Part shown: positions 10,123-20,700 of the stretch, one piece after another
How the letters are laid out: each line of letters opens with the position of its first letter
Position numbering within the stretch: the first letter of the stretch is position 1
NCBI GenBank assembly: GCA_032718475.1
Contig: JAUCBJ010009038.1
Span: 1-32,508 of the forward strand
Direction: 5' to 3'
Source: Nemertoderma westbladi
Taxonomy: Eukaryota; Animalia; Xenacoelomorpha
Length of the DNA: 32,508 nucleotides
Made by a program: the position numbers and the translations under genes
Notes under the pieces: model-generated
What the model was told of the DNA's origin: nothing
Database searches by the model: none
The model's input: only the letters and a program-made list of their open reading frames with translations

Positions 10123-10297
10123 TGCATTGCATCATAACTCTAAAAGACGCCCCCTAACCCTAACCAAATTCATCAATACCTTTCTAAATATTACCAAAGT
10201 GGTGGCGGTTATATTACCGGTACAATAATGTGCGGTCTATTTGAGAAAGTAAATAATAATAATAATAATCAGTTAATCAGTTAATAATAATAGTAAG

Positions 10298-11610
10298 TAG
10301 GCGGGGCAAGAGCCGTTCGGCAAATTCTTTAACATGGTAGACTATGGCAGACACTGTCTTAATCCAGGTGTTTACCATACTACTATCCTTTTACCCTATG
10401 TTTGAAGGACTCCAGTGATGGGGATTTAGTGATTTCGTTTGGAAGCGTGTTCCAAAGTTTTGGACCCTGATGTGCAAATGATTCGCAGCCTGTGGCAGTC
10501 TTGTGGTAAGGTACCACAGCGTGCGACTCGCTTCGCCGTAGACGTGATTGAGTTTGGGAGAACGTAATCAGGTCGCGTAGATACTTTGGTGCGGTCCCAG
10601 TGTAAATTCGGTACATGTGAGTGAGTGTTATTTGCTGCACGCGTTCTCAGAGTGGTAACCAGTTCATTGCTACAAAGTCGTCGATGCCGATGTGATGCTG
10701 TGGGGGCATTGAGTTACAGAAACGTATGCACTTTCTCTGGAGTGCGTTGACTCGTCTGCGGAGTTGGACTGTTGTGCTAGAGTACCAGCATGAGGCAGCG
10801 GAATCAAGGTGCGGCTGGATTAGAGAATTACACAGAAGGCAGCGAATTGGTTTACTAAGCGCTTTTGAATTGCGGTGGAGAAAGCGGAGTATCGAGTTTC
10901 CTTTTCGGATCGCATGGCGCACTGCACTTTCACCTGATAATGTAGGGTCAAAGGGGCAGCCTAAATAGTTTATGGTCTTTACTGTGGGGAGTGTTATATC
11001 GTTGTAACGTTGTAAGTAACGTTAAAATTGTCATAGACCTTCAAAACCTTCATAGATAAACAGGCTGCGATATCTGATGCATTAGTGCCTGTTGCAAGGA
11101 AGTTGGTGTCGTCGGCATACTTGGGGGATGGGTCTGATTGGCAGGTAGATTGGTTATCGGTTGGGTATTGGGGAGTAGGTGTTGTTGTGTAGTAAAGAAC
11201 CAAAGGTACTGTATAGGTGGTTGGATCAGCTTTCCGTTTATCAAAGTTTTGGTGACCAACTTCTAGCCCATCTCCTAAGTCGTAGTCATTCATATAGGAT
11301 ATGAAGAGGGGCATTGCGAGGACAGCTCTCTGTGGGACACCGATGTCGCATGGGCGTGTCGAGGAGGTAGTACTGTATTACCAATCTGGACAAATTGACT
11401 ACGGTTTGATAAGTAGGATTTGAACCATATTAATGCAGTTTGAGAGAATCCAAGGCATTGTAGTTTAAAAAGCAGGAGGTTCCTGTCGACTGTGTCGAAG
11501 GCTTTTTGGAAGTCAATTGCAATCATTCCAACATACTTACCATTTTCCATAGCATCTTTGATAAAGTTATCGAGGAATAATGCACATGTTTGTACGGAGT
11601 TACCAGGTTG
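10298..11610 (-). pseudogene. Decayed, 5'-truncated CR1-group LINE (RT and C-terminal part)
   Basis: Fragmented frames give IDFQKAFDTVD, WFKSYLSNRSQFV, LFISYMND, KYADDTN, NYLGC, NSLIQPHLD...WY and SFAHQGPKLWNTLP, with stops, frameshifts and internal insertions. Confidence 0.9.
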
Positions 11611-11812
11611 TTATAAAAAGATAGTTCATGGATATTGAAGTTAAAAGGTAATTTATGAAATAAAATAGGTTAAAAGGAATAAAATCATGAAATAATTAAA
11701 AATACACTGTATTTGTTATAAAGTCTCTAATTTAAAAGGCCCTTTCTGAAATGTTAAGTTCAATTTATTAGAAAATAGTTTGGGGGTCAATGTGAGTCAT
11801 AAAAAATAGATA

Positions 11813-11990
11813 TTAGCTGAAAGCGGCTCCTTTAAAAAGGTGTGTCTTTAATAGAGTTTTAAAGTGGTGGATATCCGTGACGTTCCTGAGATTAGCAGGT
11901 ACTGGTAACTGGTTCCAAAGCGCAGGGTTTAAGTTTTGAAAGGAACGTCCACCCAGTGTGGAACACTTGGGGCGCGGCACAATGAGTGTG
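11813..11990 (-). mobile_element. 3' fragment of an L2-clade LINE ORF2
   Basis: LIVPR...TLGGRSFQ...PALWNQLP...LR...FKTLLKTHLF is the characteristic L2 C-terminus. Confidence 0.8.
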
Positions 11991-12714
11991 GGGGGCGGGA
12001 AGGTGCCTTGGGGGCGGGGCAACTACGCGTGGTGTGGCGCTCACGCAACTTGCGTTGTTTGTCCATAAGGAGAGATTTATATTCTCGTTTCTTGTTACAC
12101 AGGGATTCGCGTAACGAGTTATTGGTTTTGCTGCAATATTAAGAGATATTACTTCCTGCCGTTTGCGGTAACAGATATAAGATAACTTATATATTTAACT
12201 AACATAAGATAAGATTAATTATAATATAGGCCTAACATAATTTATGTCATTTTTACATTTATTTATACAGCAACAAATTTAATTTGTGCAGTTTCTATTA
12301 CTTATAATATAATGTACTGTACAATCATTTCGTAATGTTTAAATTTTGGAATAAATTCCAAAATGGCCCCGTTGCAATGTACTTTACAGTGTTCTGATCC
12401 TCGTGGCTTTATTTTCACGTAATTGTCATGTTCGTTCGTAACACAGCCACTCGGATCATCACGCACTGTAAAGTGCTACTTTACACACAAGTCGTAAATA
12501 GTTATTACAGTACCAGTACCATGGGGTGTTTTGGTGTATGTGTTGACGTGTTGTGTAGGCCTATCCTGCCTATTACCAGATTACTGTATTAGTCTACAGT
12601 ATTACCGGTACCTGCTAAACTGAAACATTTTAAAGTTCACACTGCCATGCAGACAGTACCGGAAGAGGCAGGTACGGTGCGGTTGCGTTGGTGCGGTGTT
12701 ACCAGATTTCCCAA

Positions 12715-13560
12715 GGAGATAACTTCACTGAGAAATGATTGCGTCAAGTATCTTAGCGAATATACTGACTGTGGCTATTGGTCGATAAGAATGGCGCAGA
12801 AGTGGGTAACGGTCCTTACCTTAGTAGAGGTGAGTGAGAATGGTTTCTCCGAAGAACTTTGGGACGACGTCTCCTAGTGTAAGACAGGCGTTAATTATGT
12901 TTGCCAGAGCTGAACATATTATATCTGCATCAAGGATGAGGAAATGTTCGATGACAAAGTAATGCAATAATATCAGGGGCCTTACCTTTTGATAGTTCAG
13001 TAAGTGCCTTCCTGACTATCATTGGTGATACACTGTGGGTATATCTGCTGATTTGCTGATTTCAGTTCCTGCTGCAGTTGGAGTACTGGAGCAACAGTGT
13101 CCTTGTTTTCCCTATGCTCACCAGTGAGATCATCTCTGATTTTCGCCTGGACGGCTGTTGGTGAATTTACGGATGATTTAATCTTAAATGTGTTCCAGAA
13201 CTTCTTTATATCCTTATTAACTAAAGAAGATTTCCTATGGACGTCATTTGAGACCATAAGTTACGGGAGAGCCAGTTTCTTTGTATGCATCTTTCAGAGT
13301 GCTGTTGTTGTCCTTATACCCTGCTTGCACCACAACTTGTACGTACATTGTACAACTAACAGCCTAGTAGTTTTAGATCTTTTCCATGGAGCCATTGACC
13401 TTATTCTGACGTTTTTGGTGAGTTTAAAGTTTTTGCGTAAAGGCAGTGTGGATACAGCGGTGTGGTAGATGATGTCCTGAAGGTTGTTATAGCGTACTGG
13501 TCCAAATTTGAATATGTCCATTCCATGAAAGGCAATTCCTGCTACCAGACCACATCCAGG
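12715..13560 (-). pseudogene. Old LINE ORF2 fragment (APE-RT linker and start of RT)
   Basis: My translation of 12880-12725 (minus) is TLGDVVPKFFGETILTHLY*GKDRYPLLRHSYRPIATVSIFAKILDAII. Upstream lie IEHFL...SALANIINACL, KDIKKFWNTFK and APW...YKLWCKQG. Confidence 0.75.
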
Positions 13561-13670
13561 CAGTTCGCTGGATACTGAAAGTATATTTAATTACTCCCGT
13601 TCTCAGTGCTCTTAGCATCCTAATGAAGGAGTCTGCATCCATTTACTTTAGTCAGCAAGATCAAGATCTA

Positions 13671-13900
13671 CTAACAGAGCTACGCTATGCCGACAAGACA
13701 ACCGATATCCACAGTCGTCTGATACGGTATTGCGAACTAATATAAAAGTGTCACCAATGCACTCTAGTTAATTGTTTTGGTTAGAATAACCTGACATTGT
13801 ATGCTGCTTGTTCCTTTAGATGTCCCTCAATTTGTAATTACCATAAATTGAAATTTCAAATTTGTATTGGTTTTACATTGTCGGCGTAGCGCGCTGTTGG
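13671..13900. mobile_element. MITE-like element with imperfect terminal inverted repeats
   Basis: CTAACAGAGCTACGCTATGCCGACAA at 13671 matches the reverse complement of 13878-13900 (CCAACAGCGCGCTACGCCGACAA). No coding capacity. Confidence 0.5.
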
Positions 13901-14253
13901 CAATTATGTGCTATGGGGAATATTAACTTTGACTTCATTTCGAACATTTAGCAGCCGTTTTCTCAGCTAATCATGCAAGTGTCACTATCTAATGGAACCA
14001 CAATATATTACATATAATAATGAAATTTAAAACTTCATTCAGCCTTAACATTTTATAACTGCTGCATACCAGTTCGATAAAATAATAAAGATACAATGCT
14101 TCTACAACCATTATTGCCGTTAGGTTTTGGTTGGATTACTAATGATAACAAAGTATTTTATTAGAGGGGAACATAGAAAATTGGCCAAAACCTGTCGGCG
14201 GTCGGTTCTACGTTTACTCCCAAAATAATTATTGGGTATTACAGTACTACTAT

Positions 14254-14799
14254 TCAGTATGAATTAATAGGTGTTGATTCTGAAATTTCTTCGTAATCGC
14301 TTCTCCCAATCGGAGAGATTGGATCTCCGAGAAGGATTTCATTTTGCCTGTCAGAATTACCATTAATGTTGCTGTTGTTTTCAATTTGCAATGCATTGAT
14401 AACTTTGTCGTCAACATCGCAAACTTCAGCATCCTCAGATAACATATTAGATATGGTTGCTTTGTTTAGATCACCTTGTGTATCCGTAACCGTAGTGACC
14501 CTAGACAGACTCCTATCGGACAGAGGAGTTATAGGGATATCTGTTTCAGTTTCTGTTGTATAAAGTTCCGAATCTGTCGTTACCCCTGAACCTTTGGTAG
14601 TCGGTCTCGCAGGAAACATTGGTTGAGACAGTCTTATAGGTCTAGTTGACTCTTCTGACACTGATAATCTGCTGGGGGGCGGCTCATCTCTAACAGTCTG
14701 TTTAGAAAGAAGTCGACTATGAGAAGTGTGTTTGTCTTCAGCGGCTTCAGTCCGAAGTATCTTGTCGGCAATGCAGTAACGTGTGCACAAGGCTCTCAC
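14254..14799 (-). CDS. HEATR4: HEATR4-like terminal coding exon (VRALCTR... plus S/T/D/E-rich tail)
   Basis: Acceptor TTTAG|GTG at 14800/14799, phase 0; stop at 14256-14254. Confidence 0.8.
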   Translation of the reverse strand: MRALCTRYCIADKILRTEAAEDKHTSHSRLLSKQTVRDEPPPSRLSVSEESTRPIRLSQPMFPARPTTKGSGVTTDSELYTTETETDIPITPLSDRSLSRVTTVTDTQGDLNKATISNMLSEDAEVCDVDDKVINALQIENNSNINGNSDRQNEILLGDPISPIGRSDYEEISESTPINSY

Positions 14800-17700
14800 C
14801 TAAACCGGGATTAAAGTAACATCCATGAAATTTGATGAATGGATCATTGTGTAATTAATATATAATCTAGAGATTGGAGTTTAAAACTGCCATCAGTTTA
14901 TTATTAAATCTAAGATTTGCGTAACTGTTTTATTGTAGGGTTGCAGACATCGTTAGAATCTCATGGGATCTCTCTTTTTGAACCTTTACATAGAAAGAAA
15001 CTAAGTAACAATGTATGTTACTTAGATTATTGTTCAGTTTCAATTTAATAATGCATTATGGCCCATGTGAAGAATACCAGACTTTCTGCCGTTATATTTC
15101 ACTTTGCAGTTACCCCCATGTGAAGAATACCAGGTTTTCACCAAAAACACAGGTTACAGAAGGGCTGAATCTAACCAAAACAATAAACGAATTAGTATAT
15201 GTACAGGTTATGAGACAGAAATAAGCGCTATAAAAAACTTAATAAAGATAAATTAAAGAAAAATAAAAAATCTTCATTTATAAAATTTCAATTAAAAAGT
15301 GACCGAAAAGTGAAATACTGTGAAATTCTTCACATGGGGCAGTAATATTACAATAAACGGGTAGGCCTAGGGTACCTCGTTTTTCATCGTAGCAACCATG
15401 TCCATATCCTCCGCTGGATTCTCTCCTAACTCGGTGAGAGTTTCAGCTATTTCTTTCCGGACTACGCCACTAGACTCAACCAGTAGCCTCTCCTGTAACA
15501 CGTGTACCACGTTGTCTCCTGTCATCCGCAATAAACGAAACGCTTTACAGGATTCAGCGCGAACGCCACTGAACCGAGAAAACCGAAAGAGCCACAATAG
15601 AATACTGCGGATGTTGCCATTGACAACGCCACTGTGGCATAGCGCTTTTATAGCATGGGCCTTCACCTGAAAAAATTGTTTAGTTTTAATGCTTGAAACT
15701 TATCTAAATAAGTTTCTAATAGAGTCGAATAATCTTACTTAGAATAATAAGCGTATTATTGGCCTATTAAATCAAGTATGATTGAAGAGTCTAGAATTGT
15801 CATGAACATATAGGGGGGGGGGGGGGGGGGGGGGGGGGGCTGGACGCAATAAAAATTAATCACTCTCCAGGGGAAATTCGACGAAAATAACAGCGGATTA
15901 CTCTCAAAAATAAAACTGTAACCTGTTCTATTGTGTTTAGTTTATTTGTTTTGGTTAAAATAACGTGTCACTGTAACCTGCTCCTTTCCCTAAATTGATA
16001 ATTTAACATTTTGGCGGGATATTAATTCGCCAACGCGGGTATTGCCTCCAGTTTCCCCCCTGTCTCGTCATGAATTGATGGCCAGCTAGTTAGTTAGTTA
16101 GCGCCTGGAGCGTGGAGCGCTGTGTATTAATCAAATAACTGATAAAAGTGGAATTTCAGGGTTCTCTGTATGGCAATGTGGAAGGAAGCAAGGGTGTGGA
16201 TGATGCCGCACTGTCGTACTGAAGTGTTTTTTTTAACAGTTCATAACATGGCTTTGCTCCTTCTCTTGAGTTGAGATTATTGCAGTTTACAGTTCCTTTC
16301 CAGTCGATGGCTTTCCCTATCAGCTTATCATCACCAAGTTCGGAAACTCTTTTCCATAAATCATATTCATTGTTTGTATGTTGAGCTATGTTGATGTCTT
16401 TAAAATCTATGTATAAATCTAAGAAGAATATTTTGAATGGTGCAATAATAATTATCTCAAAAAGATGTGTTCGTCAAGGTGCGCCTACAAGTTGTATGTT
16501 ATTTAGTATTTTTTAAACTAAATGGTGACTATGATTAGATTAGCTGTTATAAAGGAGGACATATTTCTTGGTGCTTTACATATTTTCCTGCTGATGGATG
16601 ATACAATTGGCAACTACGCGGGAAGCCAAACTGAAAGTAGTTTAACTGATGGCGGTACCGCGGTACCACCGTAAACTCAGCATTCGACTGTAACCCGAGA
16701 AGAAGAGAATCATACACAGTATATGGTTCCGTTTATGCAGCTGGACGATGTTGACGGTGAATATGAAACATTTTGGTAACTTATTGTCGTTGTATATGTA
16801 TATATGGAGATATTGTCGTGAGACAGGCTTAGAAAGCTTAATCAATTAGGCCTGTATATCTATGGATCATAATAATAATTCTATAATCAAATAATTCAAT
16901 AAGATATTAAACGTTCGTGGCGCAGGACATACTGAAACTACTATTTCAACCATTGCCTAGTCGCCCTCTAGCAAGAGACAGAAGAACTACTGTTTCCCCC
17001 CTCAAAATTATATTCCAGTAAAATGTTTTTGTGTCTGTATAATGCGTAATATTCAACAGTAGTAGTATGGATGATGACCATGGAAAAACACAAACCTTCC
17101 AGCAGGAATCGTGTTCCATAATGTTTTCCAACTTTTGTACTACACTTTGGTCAGCAACCTTTAGTGATGTTGCAGCGATACAGGCTTCTAAGCGCACGCT
17201 ATCATAATCGTCATCGAAACACTTGAGGTAACCAGGCAACAGTTTGGCTGTCATTATACCCAAGTGACCAATCTATAAGAAGATTAAAAGTAAATATGTT
17301 ATAAAGTAAAGAGTAAAGTGTAAAGTATTATTCGTCCATTTGGCCATAGGGTTTAGGCACAAAGTCTGTCGACTTATTTTCAGTGAGGTCCCCCCAGAAC
17401 TATAGTAGTCATTTAGATATATTATTTAAGGATGCAAGGAAGTAGATATCAGCCCAGGCCATAGTCCCTTTAATGCATTCGTGCCGATACGAAAACTTCC
17501 CTGGCCTCTGGCGGGGATCGAACCCACGACTGTGGGGCCAGAGATGTGAATCCAAGGCTTCGCATTAAAGCACTTCTTCAAGGTGGGATTAAACATTTAC
17601 TATTTTATTACAGTAAAATCACGACATCTAGGGGCATTGACCAGACGTGAATGCGTTCCAGAATAATGCCAACCTTACTTCACAGTAAGTAGGGATAAAC

Positions 17701-20700
17701 AACATTACCGGTATATAACTATGATAAAATTATGTGACCCTCACACAGACCACTCAATATAGACCTCTGTCCGGTATGACTTACTTTTAGTCAAAAAATT
17801 TCCTCGACCTTGTACTTTTGCGGTCTGGCGCTGGTCAGTCATTAATTCACTTCAGAATTTAATACTTTTCCTTTTATGCTTATGCTTACCCCCCTTACCT
17901 TTTCTCTATAGAAATAAAATACATAATTATATTATATTTTATTATCATATGAAACTGCAGTCACTATAGACGCAAAGTTAGTTTAGTTTTATATTCCGGT
18001 AGTTAGTTTATATTCCTACCCGGATCAGTTTAATCATATTACCGAAAATTATTTCGATATCTTTCAATCTGACTATTGAAATAATAGTATTGTACATCAC
18101 TGGACTACTTTTACTTTTTGGGATTTTAGAACAGGATACTATTACTATAAATATTTGAACTGCTAACAAACCTTAGCCAAAGCTTCCACACGAGTAGCCT
18201 CGCAGTCAGACTCGAGACGGTTTAACAACGCGTTGTGAACCTCTTTCCCGTGGCCCGTAAGACCCAAAGCTCTAGCTGCCGTCGCCTTTACCTGCAGGTA
18301 TAATAAGCAACAATTAAACCAATTTTTGAAAAAGTGAAGAATTAAAGGTTCTGTAGGTTCATCGGCCGTTCGGTCGATGTGGTGAATCTGGACACCCAGC
18401 TGTCGACTCCAGTCTCTATACATTAACCAACTCAGTTTGCTGGTGACCCGACCCACCTGTGGACTCCAGTCGGACACCCACCTGTGGACTCCAGTCGGAC
18501 ACCCACCTGTGGACTCCAGTCTCTATACATTAACCAACTCAGTTTGCTGGTGACCCGACCCACCTGTGGACTCCAGTTATTCCACATTAACCAACCCTGT
18601 TTGCTGGTGACCCGACCCACCTGTGGACTCCAGTCTCTATACATTAACCAACTCAGTTTGCTGGTGACCCGACCCACCTGTGGACTCCAGCCAGACACCC
18701 ACCTGTGGACTCCAGTCGGACACCCACCTGTGGACTCCAGTCGGACACCCACCTGTGGACTCCAGTCGGACACCCACCTGTGGACTCCAGTCGGACACCC
18801 ACCTGTGGACTCCAGTCGGACACCCACCTGTGGACTCCAGTCGGACACCCACCTGTGGACTCCAGTCGGACACCCACCTGTGGACTCCAGTCGGACACCC
18901 ACCTGTGGACTCCAGTCGGACACCCACCTGTGGACTCCAGTCTCTATACATTAACCAACCCAATTTGCTGGTGACCCGACCCACCTGCGGACTCCAGTCG
19001 GACACCGACCTGTGGACTCCAGTCGGACACCCACCTGTGGACTCCAGTCGGACACCCACCAGTGGACTCCAGTCGGACACCCACCTGTGGACTCCAGTCG
19101 GACACCCACCTGTGGACTCCAGTCGGACACCCACCTGTGGACTCCAGTCGGACTCCCACCTGTGGACTCCAGTCGGACACCCACCTGTGGACTCCAGTCT
19201 CTATTACATTAACCAACTCAGTTTGCTGGTGACCCGACCCACCTGTGGACTCCAGTCTCTATACATTAACCAACTCTGTTTGCTGGTGACCCGACCCACC
19301 TGTGGACTCCAGTCTCTATACATTAACCAACTCAGTTTGCTGGTGACCCGACCCACCTGTGGACTCCAGTCATTCCACATTAACCAACCCTGTTTGCTGG
19401 TGACCCGACCCACCTGTGGACTCCAGTCTCTATACATTAACCAACTCAGTTTGCTGGTGACCCGACCCACCTGTGGACTCCAGTATCTATACATTAACCA
19501 ACTCAGTTTGCTGGTGACCCGACCCACCTGTGGACTCCAGTCATTCCACATTAACCAACCCTGTTTGCTGGTGACCCGACCCACCTGTGGACTCCAGTCT
19601 CTATACATTAACCAACTCAGTTTGCTGGTGACCCGACCCACCTGTGGATTCCAGCCAGACACCCACCTGTGGACTCCAGTCGGACACCCAACTGTGGACT
19701 CCAGTCGGACACCCACCTGTGGACTCCAGTCTCTATACATTAACCAACCCTGTTAGCTGGTGACCCGACCCACCTGTGGACTCCAGTCATTCCACATTAA
19801 CCAACTCAGTTTGCTGGTGACCCGACCCACCTGTGGACTCCAGTCTCTATACATTAACCAACTCAGTTTGCTGGTGACCCGACCCACCTGTGGACTCCAG
19901 TCATTCCACATTAACCAACCCTGTTTGCTGGTGACCCGACCCACCTGTGGACTCCAGTCTCTATACATTAACCAACTCAGTTTGCTGGTGACCCGACCCA
20001 CCTGTGGACTCCAGCCAGACACCCACCTGTGGACTCCAGTCGGACACCCAACTGTGGACTCCAGTCGGACACCCACCTGTGGACTCCAGTCTCTATACAT
20101 TAACCAACCCTGTTAGCTGGTGACCCGACCCACCTATGGACTCCAGTCAGACATCCACCTGTGGACTCCAGTCGGACACCCACCTGTGGACTCCAGTCGG
20201 ACACCCACCTGTGGACTCCAGTCGGACACCCACCTGTGAACTCCAGTCGGACAACCACCTGTGGACTCCAGTCTCTATACATTAACCAACCCTGTTTGCT
20301 GGTGACCCGACCCACCGGTGGACTCCAGTTAGACACCCACCTGTGGACTCCAGTCGGACACCCACCTGTGGACTCCAGTCGGACACCCACCTGTGGACTC
20401 CAGTTGGACACCCACCTGTGGACTCCAGTCTCTATACATTAACCAACCCAATTTGCTGGTGACCCGACCCACCTGTAGACTCCAGTCGGACACCCACTTG
20501 TGGACTCCAGTCTCTATACATTAACCAACCCAATTTGCTGGTGACCCGACCCACCTGTAGACTCCAGTCGGACACCCACCTGTGGAATCCAGTCGGACAC
20601 CCACCTGTGGACTCCAGTCGGACACCCACCTGTGGACTCCAGTCGGACACCCACCTGTGGACTCCAGTCGGACACCCACCTGTGGACTCCAGTCGGACAC

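Larger units (their letters stand above)
3777..10289 (+). mobile_element. Apparently full-length CR1-group non-LTR retrotransposon (LINE), ~6.5 kb
   Basis: Contains ORF1, an intact ORF2, a 3' UTR stem-loop and an (AAT)n/(CAGTTAAT) tail at 10251-10289. Flanked by the direct repeat ATAGTAAG at 3769-3776 and 10290-10297. Confidence 0.9.

Noticed and set aside
12647-13468. + strand ORFs 12647-12877 and 13097-13468 as genes
   Set aside because: They are antisense to a decayed LINE ORF2 recognisable on the minus strand.
15813-15839. Poly-G run (also poly-C at ~10019-10040, 23033-23060 and 28847-28862) as functional elements
   Set aside because: Simple homopolymers of unreliable length with no further support.
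17440-17570. Functional tRNA gene
   Set aside because: Only the B-box/T-arm is recognisable, with no full cloverleaf. The same applies to 21914-21999.
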